From NCBI GenBank assembly GCA_964422395.1, contig CAYRAO010000001.1, positions 4,900 through 68,899 on the forward strand: DNA of 64,000 bases, in the 5' to 3' direction. The position numbers and the translations under genes are program-made. A model generated the notes under the pieces. It was not told the DNA's origin. It ran no database searches and saw only the letters and a list, made by a program, of their open reading frames with translations. Within the stretch, counting starts at the first letter, position 1. Each line of letters starts with the position of its first letter. The stretch comes from an uncultured Clostridia bacterium (GTDB lineage: Bacteria > Acidobacteriota > Aminicenantia > UBA2199). This document shows positions 38,263 to 47,963 of the stretch, one piece after another.

Positions 38263-40455
38263 TTATTTTCCAATCGGGTTAAAAGTAGAAAATATTTTCT
38301 TTTTCCTTTTATTTCTTTTTATCCAATATATTATTCCGAAAAAGATAAACATTATCGGAAGACCGACAATATTTAAACCTTTTATTAACGTGCGAGTTAA
38401 AGGTTTTGTATCTGAAAGAGGATTAAATCTTTGTTTTTTCCCTCTCATTTCAGCAATTTTTTCTCTTCCGTTAAGATAATCCATCAAATTCAAAACAAGT
38501 GTGGCATTCGGAGAAAATCCATTCTCATCAACCAAGTTATTTTTAATAATCTCCGATGAACCGATTACAAATAATTTTGCATTCTTGCCTTCTTTAATTA
38601 TCTCTCCCGAATTTACATACCTACTCTTAATTATTTTATCGGATTTACTTTCTTCTTTTTTATCTTTTTTATCCTTAACGGGAGGTTCCGGGATTTTTTT
38701 ATCGGCAAAATAACTTTTAAAATTTCCTTCTGCAATATAGGCCAGATCCTTTTTCGCTTTTTCTTTATCTGAAGCAGGAGGTCTTATCATCATAGGCATA
38801 AGATTTATTCGTCCTTTCATTTCCCATGCGTTATCAGTTGATGAAAAAATTCTCGAATACTTAACATTCTCTTTTTTATTGATCTTTAAAGGAGAAACTT
38901 TTATAACCACGAGCTGTTTGATACTTTTTAAGAAACCGAATTTATGATTAATATTTTCATTCTTTATAATAGGTGCAAAATAAATTGGCATTTCGTTGTT
39001 GTTCCTATCTCTATTCACATAACAATTTTCATCCATTAAATAAGACCTATCAACACTTATTCCGTAATGAGCAATAAGTTTTTCCAGTCCTGTATTTAAA
39101 GGGAGATAAACAGGTTGTCGTGATCCGAACATTTGCCCTCCCTGCTGCTGACGTATTTCTTTAAATGAATCATACAAAACAGCAAGTGATCCCCCCTTCA
39201 TTAGAAACTGATCAATCATAAATAATTCCCAATTTGAAAAATTTTGCGAAGGTCCTGCAATTATCAGAGTATCAATGCTATCAGGGATTGCTTTAATTTC
39301 TTTAAGATTAACCTCTTTTATCGTGTATTCCTTACTTATAATTGATCTGAAATTCGAAATTTCCGATTGAGACTGCTGATTAAACATCTGCATTTGGGGA
39401 GGTAATTTCGGAGTCATCTGCAAAGTACCGTTAGAAGTAAGATATCCGATATCCTCATTAATGCTTATAACCTTATCAATGTTGTCATTAATAAAACTCT
39501 CTATATCTTTATCTGAAATTATAAAATAATTTTCTTCCAATCCCCTATTTGTAAGATTCAACTTTTTTGATAAAAGATTCTTTTGAACCGATTTTCCATC
39601 ATAATTAATTCCAAGGGCAATCACACCTTTTCCGGATTTAATGACAGAACCGTCAGGTTTTTTAATATCCGGCCACTCAATCCCCATATGCTTGTACTTG
39701 TTAACAATTTGATCAGAGATATTTTCGGACGATGGGTCATAAGACTTCAGTTCAAGCCTTCCGTAAGCTTTACCATTCACTTTTTTAACAATTTCGGATA
39801 TTCTCGACTCAAGTCCATCAATCCCCTTAAGTTTAATCATAGACATAATTGCTGAAACGGATGACGAATTCACAAGCTGAACTTCGATATTTGATTTCAA
39901 ATTTAATAATGCGGATATCTTGTTATTCATTTTTTGAATGGTAGTTGTTATTTTATACTCAAGATCTTCGGTAGAAATTATTGCCGGAATCTTTTCTACA
40001 ATGTCTCCGTGAATTAACACCATACCCATGTATGCTTTTTGGATCTTGGCTTCATCTTGTTCAATCTTCTGTACATTTACCGGATAAATCCCATAACTAT
40101 TTGCAATTTTTCTATTCTCTTCCGCTTTTTCACTAAGATCCCCCTCTTTTGCATTAACATCGTAAAACCTGAAATTCAAATTTTTATTAGAGTTGAGTTC
40201 ATATTCTTCCAAAATATCATGGAGATATTGCTCCACATTATTATAAGGTGCCGGTAAATTCTTTGAGAAAAAAACATTGATTGTAAGGGGTTCCGTTAAT
40301 GAACTTACCGCATCTTTTGAAGCATCCGAAAGTGAATACAAACCGTTTGAAGTAAGGTCAACCCTAAAAAATAAACTTCCAGCAACGATGTTTATTAAGA
40401 GTAACATCAAAAGATAAAGTCCGAATTTGAAATAATTATTTTTTTTATCAGTCAT
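38263..40455 (-). CDS. GldG-like ABC-associated auxiliary protein
   Basis: RVDLTSNGLYSLS, IDQFLMKGG, NPLSDT plus C-terminal TM. Confidence 0.85.
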   Translation of the reverse strand: MTDKKNNYFKFGLYLLMLLLINIVAGSLFFRVDLTSNGLYSLSDASKDAVSSLTEPLTINVFFSKNLPAPYNNVEQYLHDILEEYELNSNKNLNFRFYDVNAKEGDLSEKAEENRKIANSYGIYPVNVQKIEQDEAKIQKAYMGMVLIHGDIVEKIPAIISTEDLEYKITTTIQKMNNKISALLNLKSNIEVQLVNSSSVSAIMSMIKLKGIDGLESRISEIVKKVNGKAYGRLELKSYDPSSENISDQIVNKYKHMGIEWPDIKKPDGSVIKSGKGVIALGINYDGKSVQKNLLSKKLNLTNRGLEENYFIISDKDIESFINDNIDKVISINEDIGYLTSNGTLQMTPKLPPQMQMFNQQSQSEISNFRSIISKEYTIKEVNLKEIKAIPDSIDTLIIAGPSQNFSNWELFMIDQFLMKGGSLAVLYDSFKEIRQQQGGQMFGSRQPVYLPLNTGLEKLIAHYGISVDRSYLMDENCYVNRDRNNNEMPIYFAPIIKNENINHKFGFLKSIKQLVVIKVSPLKINKKENVKYSRIFSSTDNAWEMKGRINLMPMMIRPPASDKEKAKKDLAYIAEGNFKSYFADKKIPEPPVKDKKDKKEESKSDKIIKSRYVNSGEIIKEGKNAKLFVIGSSEIIKNNLVDENGFSPNATLVLNLMDYLNGREKIAEMRGKKQRFNPLSDTKPLTRTLIKGLNIVGLPIMFIFFGIIYWIKRNKRKKKIFSTFNPIGK

Positions 40456-40465
40456 TATTATTCTC

Positions 40466-41173
40466 CTATTTCTTCTCTTTCATGACAATATTCGAACCGT
40501 ACAACGCAATAAATGAAATTGTAATAAAGTACAGTATGTCCCTGCTATCCAACAATCCCTTGGAAATATTTTGAAAATGAAAGTTAGCACTGAAATATTG
40601 AAAAAAATCAATCAGAGTATTGGGAAGAAAATATAGTAAGAAATCGGTAAGCAACGTAATGGCAAAACATATGGTCATTCCGGTTATAAATGCAATCACT
40701 TGATTTCTTGTCAATGATGATGCAAATATCCCAATTGCACTGAATGCAGCTCCTAACAAGATTGCACCGATATACCCACCGATTACCGGACCCCAATCAA
40801 GCTTTCCGAGAAAAGATATTGAAATCGCATAGATTAGTGTCGGAAGAAGCATGACCACAATAAACCCGATAGTTGCTAAGAATTTACCCAAAATAATATC
40901 CCTGAACTTAATGGGTAAAGTAAGGAGAATTTCATATGTTCCAATATTCAATTCTTCCGAAAAAAGTCTCATTGTTACAGCAGGAACAATAAATGAAAAA
41001 ATAAGAGGTAATAACGAGAAAAAACGGGTCATACTTGCTTGACCGTTCAAGAAAAATGTTGAAAAGAATAACCATCCTTCCACCAACAAAAAAAGAGATA
41101 TTACGATATAAGCTATGGGAGTTACAAAATAACTCTTAAACTCTTTCTTGAAAATATGCTTTATGTTATCCAT
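40466..41173 (-). CDS. GldF-like ABC-2 permease
   Basis: KKEFKSYFVTPIAY, TMRLFSEE, GTYEILLT, LGKF, SSLTRNQVIAF. Confidence 0.88.
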   Translation of the reverse strand: MDNIKHIFKKEFKSYFVTPIAYIVISLFLLVEGWLFFSTFFLNGQASMTRFFSLLPLIFSFIVPAVTMRLFSEELNIGTYEILLTLPIKFRDIILGKFLATIGFIVVMLLPTLIYAISISFLGKLDWGPVIGGYIGAILLGAAFSAIGIFASSLTRNQVIAFITGMTICFAITLLTDFLLYFLPNTLIDFFQYFSANFHFQNISKGLLDSRDILYFITISFIALYGSNIVMKEKK

Positions 41174-41175
41174 AG

Positions 41176-41892
41176 TTAGTTCTCCCTTGTAATTTTTCTA
41201 AAAACATCTTCAAAAGAAGTTTTCTCATGTTTTTCCATCAGGGTTTCCACAGTATCATCCGCTACTATTTCCCCTTCATTCATTATCACAACTCTGTTGC
41301 ACGTCGCTTCGGCTTCACTTAATATATGGGTGGAAAATATGATCGTCTTTTCTTTTCCGATCCTTTTAATAATCTCTCTTGTTTCCACTATCTGGTTAGG
41401 GTCCAAACCGGATGTCGGTTCATCCAATACTAATATTTCCGGATCTCCCATCAAAGCATGAGCAATTCCTACCCTCTGTCTATATCCTTTTGAAAGTTCA
41501 TCAATAGTTTTATGCATTACATTGTTTAAACTACATATATCAGCCAAGTTTTTAATATGTTCAAGCTTCTTGTTCCGATCCACCGTCCTAATATCCGCAA
41601 TATAATTCAGATAATCATACACAAGCATATCTCTGTATATCGGTGCCGATTCGGGTAGATAACCTATTAGTTTTTTTATTTCAATAATGTCTTCTCTAAT
41701 ATCTTGACCTTTTACCGTTACTGTACCCGATGTCGGTTTAAGATATCCGGTTAATATTCTGTAAGTTGTGGTTTTCCCTGCACCATTAGGTCCGAGAAGT
41801 CCGAGTATTTCACCTTTTTTCACTTCAAAAGAGATTTTCTTCAAAGCAATAACATCTCCATAATTCTTTGATAATTCTTTAAATTGAATCAT
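41176..41892 (-). CDS. GldA-like ABC ATP-binding protein
   Basis: GPNGAGKTT, LSKGYRQRVG, VLDEPTSGLDP; GAGGAG SD supports ATG at 41892 rather than 41976. Confidence 0.92.
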   Translation of the reverse strand: MIQFKELSKNYGDVIALKKISFEVKKGEILGLLGPNGAGKTTTYRILTGYLKPTSGTVTVKGQDIREDIIEIKKLIGYLPESAPIYRDMLVYDYLNYIADIRTVDRNKKLEHIKNLADICSLNNVMHKTIDELSKGYRQRVGIAHALMGDPEILVLDEPTSGLDPNQIVETREIIKRIGKEKTIIFSTHILSEAEATCNRVVIMNEGEIVADDTVETLMEKHEKTSFEDVFRKITREN

Positions 41893-41987
41893 TATGTCTC
41901 CTCTCTGATAAAAAATACTGATTAATTTTATCAGATTTATTAAGGGAGTCAAGACCAATAAAACTTGATATTTCAAATAGAAATCGA

Positions 41988-42016
41988 TTGACTTTACAAT
42001 TCGATTAAACTATAAA
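41988..42016 (+). promoter_or_regulatory. Sigma70-like promoter (leadered)
   Basis: TTGACT-N17-TATAAA, then AGGAG SD before ATG 42034. Confidence 0.65.
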
Positions 42017-42033
42017 CAACCATAGGAGAAACT

Positions 42034-43185
42034 ATGGACAATTTAACTAATGAGGAACTGTTATCGCTTTTAAGTTCGGTGTTTCCCAGATTTGAAAATG
42101 ATAAAAAATTAGGAATACTCGTTGATATCCCTCGTGAGGAGAAAAACGACAATGAAGATTGGAAAAAAAGGAGATCAATATGCATAAATTGGTATAATGA
42201 ACTTAAAAGAAATATCACCTCTTTAAACTTGGAACAGGTTAATCTGATTGCATATCCGGATGTAAAATCCAACAATGCCGATCTACCATATAAATGCTTC
42301 ATCGTAACTGACAAACTTCCGGACACGGCAAATGACCTTCATGATAACGGAACAGAGACAGAATTCTCGAAAATATTCACGGATCATCAACTATTCCTTG
42401 CTCCAACCGAATTTTCAACTACCGCACCGTTAAAAAACAGTGCGAAAAAATTCGGATTCAGAGCCGCAACAATGCCCGGATTTTCAGATAAAATGATTCC
42501 GGCACTAAAAATAGACTATAACGAAGTCTATACACGAGTTAAAATTTTAAAAGATCTTCTTGATCCTGCCATAAAAGCCGATGTTGTTTTTGCAGTTGAC
42601 GAAGCAAGTGAATACCTTATGGATTTTGATCTTAGATTCAGGGAAAGCCATATGAGCAGCGGGAGATTCCCATTTCACTCCACGGCAGGTAACTTGCCGA
42701 GTGGTGAGACATACATAGTCCCATATGAAGGAGAATTGGAAGAAAACAGCAAAACAAACGGTACTCTTCCCGTCCAAATAGGTAATGACATCCTTTTCTA
42801 TTCCATAGTACAAAACAGAGCAATCGAAGTTCTCGGAAGCGGTGAAGCACTTGAATACGAGATCAACTACCTTGAAAATGAACCTGCTTATGGAAATATT
42901 GCCGAACTTGGGTTCGGAGTTCTCGGTGATTTCGGATTAGATCCGATAAACGAGATACTTCTTGATGAAAAACTCGGATTTCACGTTGCTTTCGGAAGAA
43001 GCGATCATTTTGGTGGAATTATCAGCCCTAAAAATTTTTCATCTCAAGACAAAGTCATTCATCTTGACAGAGTTTATATAAAAAAGATGCAACCGAGGAT
43101 ATCGGTTTTGTCTATTGTTCTCCATTATGAAGATAGAGAATCTCAAACTATTTTACTGAATGGAAATTATACAATCTTCGATTAA
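42034..43185 (+). CDS. M29 (AmpS/AmpT-type) metallo-aminopeptidase-like protein
   Basis: Ligand motifs NLPSGE, IAELG, LLDEK..FHVAFG, IHLD. Confidence 0.7.
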   Translation: MDNLTNEELLSLLSSVFPRFENDKKLGILVDIPREEKNDNEDWKKRRSICINWYNELKRNITSLNLEQVNLIAYPDVKSNNADLPYKCFIVTDKLPDTANDLHDNGTETEFSKIFTDHQLFLAPTEFSTTAPLKNSAKKFGFRAATMPGFSDKMIPALKIDYNEVYTRVKILKDLLDPAIKADVVFAVDEASEYLMDFDLRFRESHMSSGRFPFHSTAGNLPSGETYIVPYEGELEENSKTNGTLPVQIGNDILFYSIVQNRAIEVLGSGEALEYEINYLENEPAYGNIAELGFGVLGDFGLDPINEILLDEKLGFHVAFGRSDHFGGIISPKNFSSQDKVIHLDRVYIKKMQPRISVLSIVLHYEDRESQTILLNGNYTIFD

Positions 43186-43186
43186 T

Positions 43187-45373
43187 TTATAATTCAAGAT
43201 TCGTACAAATATCAGTGGTCTCAAATTCGAAATCAGGATATTCGAAAATTCCCATCCTTTTTTCCGTATTTCCGATTGAGTAGCAGTATAACTCGTCATA
43301 CTCAACCATATTCTCCCCCATATCTCTTAACTGTTTTAAGTATTCACTAATCGTTTTTGATTCAATGATAACTATTTTCCCCATGTTATCAATTACCGGA
43401 CTATGCCTGCGGGTTTTATCATGATCAAATTCGAGAATCCGCCTCCCGTATCTTGTTATTCCAATAACCCTAAATGTCAAGCTCTTTCCCACACCCGGAA
43501 GATTAAGTACACTCCGATCGGTTGAAAGAAAACTAATATTCCTTTCTTTCCTAATCTCATTTATGGAGTCCTTTACTCTTTTACTTTTCTTATGAAAATT
43601 CATAACTTTTTGCTGGCTTATTTTATCTACTTTACCTATAAATTTTTCCTCACGCTGCTCCTGAACGGATCTTGCAATCGGAGTAAAACTATGAAAATTT
43701 TCCATATAACCTTTAACGCTGAATGTGTAATAACATAGAACTCCTATATCATTAAGAGTTTTTCTAAGTTTCATGTTATGCCCTCTTCTTGAAGAAGATG
43801 TGGTATACACATGCTGATTGGTAACAATCCATCCAGATTCGAGTATCCTCTGTACGGCACTTTCCGTCTCCATTGTTACTTCAAGGGGAGACTGAAAATG
43901 TGTTTGGATTATAAACTGCTTTATTCCGACGGTTAAAGCTTTTTCCCTGAATTGCCCGAGAATTTTACACAATTCGGGAGTTACCCGCTGCGGCAGGTAT
44001 GCAAGCAGCCTTGTTCCTAATCTTACCCGTAATATTTCAGCATACTTTTCCCCTGATTTTCTTTTTTTATTATCAGATCTTTTTTCCTTTGCCATATTAT
44101 AAACCGCATCCAATAATTCGGTAAGAAACTTGTCTGAACTCATTAATGCATCTCCACCGGTAATCAGTATGTCCCTTAATTGAGAATCATACCTGAAATA
44201 ATCCATAAATATTTTCTGTTTCTCTTTCCATTTTATTCCGGGTTTTAATTTTTCAAGATCAAAGTTCAGATGCCCTCTTTGAAAATCGTACATTCTTTGG
44301 CAACTTGAACAAAGCCCTCCGCATGCTCTTCCCATTGAATCTGGGATAAGGATTGCCACTTCGGGATATCTCCTGTGAACATTCCTTTCTCCGGGAAGTA
44401 TCCAACCTGCCGCATTAGGTTTCCCCGGTTTAACTTTATCCTCCTTTTCCCAAGCAACTATATGTCCGAATTCATCAATTAGCTGCTTACTGTAAATTAT
44501 ATAGTCTCTTAAAGGAAGATCCGATCCAACGGCAAAGTACGGTACACGAACATGAAGTAGAGAAAGATAGTAAGGATTGATAAAGAACGGAATACCTTTT
44601 TTTTCTGCATTTTTAAGTATTTTTATTGTATCCGGATCTAAGGAATTTCCAAGTAATTCGTTAAGGTCATCAGGATTCCTAACTGCAAAACTTAAATGGA
44701 ATCTCCAATCATCCCACCACTCAAGAAGTTTTAAAAATTTTTGCTCATGAGATAACTCATAATCAAAACTGAACCGCTTACTCGAATATTTGCCTGCATC
44801 TATCCATTTAATAATTATATTTATTATCCTCTCTTTATTCTCCTCATAAAGGCGTATAATTCGGGGATCAAGCCCCGATACGTGTCTGTTCATCCACTCC
44901 TGCAATTTTTTTATCGTTGGCTTTTTAGGACTTATTTCTCCCCGAAACTGTCTAAATAGCATTAGCATATCTTCATAGAAATCCGGCTTTGCTCCACCTG
45001 TTCCATACGTTACTCCCAACCATATTAACTTAATAGGATTACTTATGGCTTTTTTCCCTCTCAAATTGAGATCAACAAACTCTCTTCCTGCGTTTTCTAT
45101 GTAATCAAGGATTCTTATAGCAGCAATATCTTTACTCTCAATGGAACTCATAAGCTTCCCGATATTCTTTTTCTTCACAAAGTAATCGTACGCTTTCGGG
45201 TTCTTCTTGAGTTCATCCAAAGCAAGATTCCTTACTCCGACAAGGGCTTCAGTCTCATTTCTTGCACTTCTCATTATATAATTTAATTGTTTGTTTTCAT
45301 CTAACAATTGATTAAGCAACTTGTGAGATTTTACCGTAATTGCAATCTTATCAAGATTTTTCATATCATTCAT
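43187..45373 (-). CDS. Large KamA family (lysine 2,3-aminomutase-like) radical SAM protein
   Basis: HRRYPEVAI, CGGLCSSC, ILITGGDALM, RLGTR, QTHFQSP, PGVGKS (PLP-Lys motif-like). Confidence 0.85.
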   Translation of the reverse strand: MNDMKNLDKIAITVKSHKLLNQLLDENKQLNYIMRSARNETEALVGVRNLALDELKKNPKAYDYFVKKKNIGKLMSSIESKDIAAIRILDYIENAGREFVDLNLRGKKAISNPIKLIWLGVTYGTGGAKPDFYEDMLMLFRQFRGEISPKKPTIKKLQEWMNRHVSGLDPRIIRLYEENKERIINIIIKWIDAGKYSSKRFSFDYELSHEQKFLKLLEWWDDWRFHLSFAVRNPDDLNELLGNSLDPDTIKILKNAEKKGIPFFINPYYLSLLHVRVPYFAVGSDLPLRDYIIYSKQLIDEFGHIVAWEKEDKVKPGKPNAAGWILPGERNVHRRYPEVAILIPDSMGRACGGLCSSCQRMYDFQRGHLNFDLEKLKPGIKWKEKQKIFMDYFRYDSQLRDILITGGDALMSSDKFLTELLDAVYNMAKEKRSDNKKRKSGEKYAEILRVRLGTRLLAYLPQRVTPELCKILGQFREKALTVGIKQFIIQTHFQSPLEVTMETESAVQRILESGWIVTNQHVYTTSSSRRGHNMKLRKTLNDIGVLCYYTFSVKGYMENFHSFTPIARSVQEQREEKFIGKVDKISQQKVMNFHKKSKRVKDSINEIRKERNISFLSTDRSVLNLPGVGKSLTFRVIGITRYGRRILEFDHDKTRRHSPVIDNMGKIVIIESKTISEYLKQLRDMGENMVEYDELYCYSIGNTEKRMGIFEYPDFEFETTDICTNLEL

Positions 45374-45483
45374 TAGTTGTTCCTCATATTAACTATATAC
45401 TAAATCATATCCGTTTTCATATCAAGAAGAGATTTTCTTTAACATGATTAAAAAACGGGTGGGATTACTTAAATTAAATCAGA

Positions 45484-46437
45484 TCAAGCTTGTTCAAGTA
45501 AAGCCAAAGTCAGTATAGGTAAAATCAAATCGGAATCACCGCCGGTACACAAAACCGAAATCTCATTCGAAGAATTCATATCTTCCATACCTCTTTTTAC
45601 AGAACAATCTTCAATTTCACCTAAAGTACAAATGGAAAACTTTTTAATTCGGAATCCACTTTCCATGCAAAATCCAATAGAATTAGTTAAGATATTCAAA
45701 CCGTTCTTATCCATATTGATTGAAATATAGATTCCGTTATTAATAAGTTTGGACATTATGGAAGAATACATAATAAAATCTCTGTCAAGAAGATTACCGA
45801 ATATTCCTCCGTCAAAATTTTTGTGATAATGCAGCTTGTTAGTTCCTATGGTCGAGTGAAGTATAACGGGGATGTTTAATCTGTATCCGTTTGCAATAAT
45901 ACTGTATTTGTTGAATTTAAATTTTGCACCTTCAAGATATTCCCCTACCGCTTCTCCTGCACCCGTACCCTTTCTATTACCTTCTTTAAATGCTATGTTA
46001 AGAAAAAGACCGGTCTCCTCAGCTATTCCGCAACCGGCAAACCTCCCTTTTTCAGTATTTCTATAATCTATAAAATTCCCCGAAAGAGAAAGTTCAAAAT
46101 CTTTAATAAGAAAATCTTCATCAACGGAAATAGCAGATATCCATCCACGATGCATAAGATCAATAATAAGAGGGGACAGCCCTTTATCAATAACTTCCGA
46201 TCCAATAGAGAAAAATATGGGATATCCGCTTTTTCGTGCAAATCGCATCCTTTTTACAAGTTTTTGGAAATCATTTTTATCAGTTGATTTATAACTTGAC
46301 CCGATAATAGATTTCAACCCGAAACCGGAAGAGTAAGATTTGAAAATTTTCTCTTTATCAAACTCTTTTTTCTGTTTTTCAAGAGTAAGATTTTCATCTT
46401 TAATTTTCTTTAAGAGTGGAAATTTTGAATATGTCAC
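45484..46437 (-). CDS. Deoxyhypusine synthase-like fold protein (degenerate)
   Basis: GLSPLIIDLMHRGWI, DFELSLSG, EETG, GEAVG, RLNIPVILHSTIG match the bacterial DHS-like family, but many conserved motifs are altered. Confidence 0.6.
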   Translation of the reverse strand: MTYSKFPLLKKIKDENLTLEKQKKEFDKEKIFKSYSSGFGLKSIIGSSYKSTDKNDFQKLVKRMRFARKSGYPIFFSIGSEVIDKGLSPLIIDLMHRGWISAISVDEDFLIKDFELSLSGNFIDYRNTEKGRFAGCGIAEETGLFLNIAFKEGNRKGTGAGEAVGEYLEGAKFKFNKYSIIANGYRLNIPVILHSTIGTNKLHYHKNFDGGIFGNLLDRDFIMYSSIMSKLINNGIYISINMDKNGLNILTNSIGFCMESGFRIKKFSICTLGEIEDCSVKRGMEDMNSSNEISVLCTGGDSDLILPILTLALLEQA

Positions 46438-46979
46438 TTTGATTTATTTACCATACGTGAATACTTTATAATATATTCCACTGCACTATAAATGGTTAAA
46501 AAAACCGCTATGTAAAGAATGTACGTCCCTATCTTATGGATACTTTCAGGGTTCGGAAGTTTTCTATAGATAATAAATATTGAAATAGCTACTATTTGAA
46601 AAAGTGTTTTACCTTTTGCAATACCGGAGGCGGAAAAAGAATACTCATGCATATAAAAATAGAATCTGAAAGCTGTCATAAATATTTCTCTTATAATTAT
46701 TAATGAAGCCGCCCATGTTTCTATTTCTCCAAGAGCAACAAGAGCAACTAATGCCGCTGATATTAAAAGTTTATCGGCAATCGGATCAAGGAATTTACCC
46801 AGTTCGGTAACCTGATCATATTTTCTTGCTATATAACCGTCAATTGCATCCGAGAATGAGGCAAAAAGGAATACGGCAAAAGCTATGATTTCCTTATTTT
46901 CCATTTTCGTAAGGAGAATTACAATAAATATCGGGACAAGCAATATCCTCAACAGAGTTATTATGTTCGCTTTGCTCAT
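46434..46979 (-). CDS. pgsA: CDP-diacylglycerol-glycerol-3-phosphate 3-phosphatidyltransferase
   Basis: ANIITLLR, DAIDGYIARK...GKFLDPIADK. Confidence 0.93.
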   Translation of the reverse strand: MSKANIITLLRILLVPIFIVILLTKMENKEIIAFAVFLFASFSDAIDGYIARKYDQVTELGKFLDPIADKLLISAALVALVALGEIETWAASLIIIREIFMTAFRFYFYMHEYSFSASGIAKGKTLFQIVAISIFIIYRKLPNPESIHKIGTYILYIAVFLTIYSAVEYIIKYSRMVNKSK

Positions 46980-46984
46980 ATAGT

Positions 46985-47013
46985 ATTTTATAGGTTAATT
47001 TTAAAAAAATCAA
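46985..47013 (-). promoter_or_regulatory. Promoter, likely leaderless (pgsA)
   Basis: TTGATT-N17-TAAAAT; 5 nt to ATG; no SD. Confidence 0.6.
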
Positions 47014-47084
47014 TTTTCCCGAACATTTCTCCAATAGTTATATTTAAATGTGTACAAAAATCAAAAATAATATAACTTAGAGTA

Positions 47085-47963
47085 TCATTCAAAAATATCC
47101 TGAATTATGAATTGAGAATTTCTCCAGTTCGGAGCAACCTTAACAAAAAGATCAAGAAAAACTTTTTTGTCAAAATATTCTTCAAGTTCTTTTCTTGAAT
47201 CTTCTCCGATTTTTTTAAGCATTGTTCCTTTTTTCCCAATAATTATTTTCTTTTGTGATGTTTTTTCAACAAAGATTGTTGATCTGATATAGATTACATT
47301 GCCGCGATCTTTTATTTCATCGGTCTTAACAAAAGTTGTATAGGGAAGTTCCCCTTTTGTCTGATTGAGAATTTTTTCCCTTATAAGTTCGGAAATATAA
47401 AATTTTTCCGATTGAACGGTAAATTCCTCTTCGTCATAAAACAAAATGTTGCTTTCCGGAATATATTTAAAAATTAATTCTTCAAGAAGATCAATATTTA
47501 TCTTTTTTAAAGCCGATATGGGAACAATCTCTTTCCATGCAAAAAGATCTTTCATTGAGTTGATCTTTTCAAGAGATTTTTCTTTGGCAAGTTTATCAAT
47601 TTTATTTATTATGAGAAAAACATTTTTTTTATCTTTAAGCAAAGATATTATGAAATCATCATCCTCTCGACTGGTGATATCCACAAAGTATAGGATAAGA
47701 TCCGCATCCATGAGAGAATTATGAACATCTCTCATCATCTTTTGATTAAGACTATACTCGGGTTTGTGTATCCCGGGAGAATCAAAAAAAACTATCTGCC
47801 CTCTTTCTGTTGTATGAATTCCTAATATTTGACGACGAGTTGTCTGCGGTTTATCGGAAACAATAGAAACTTTAGTATCAAGAATCGAATTGAGAAATGT
47901 GGATTTCCCCGCATTTGTCCTTCCGATCAAAGCTACATAACCTGAATTTTTATTTTTTTTCAT
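47085..47963 (-). CDS. era: GTPase Era
   Basis: GRTNAGKST, PQTTR, DSPG, NKID, ELPY, KH domain (IIIGKKG). Confidence 0.96.
   Translation of the reverse strand: MKKNKNSGYVALIGRTNAGKSTFLNSILDTKVSIVSDKPQTTRRQILGIHTTERGQIVFFDSPGIHKPEYSLNQKMMRDVHNSLMDADLILYFVDITSREDDDFIISLLKDKKNVFLIINKIDKLAKEKSLEKINSMKDLFAWKEIVPISALKKINIDLLEELIFKYIPESNILFYDEEEFTVQSEKFYISELIREKILNQTKGELPYTTFVKTDEIKDRGNVIYIRSTIFVEKTSQKKIIIGKKGTMLKKIGEDSRKELEEYFDKKVFLDLFVKVAPNWRNSQFIIQDIFE

Noticed and set aside
41893-41976. N-terminal extension of the GldA-like ATPase in the ORF track
   Set aside because: A GAGGAG SD precedes ATG 41892, and the extension covers the divergent promoter region.
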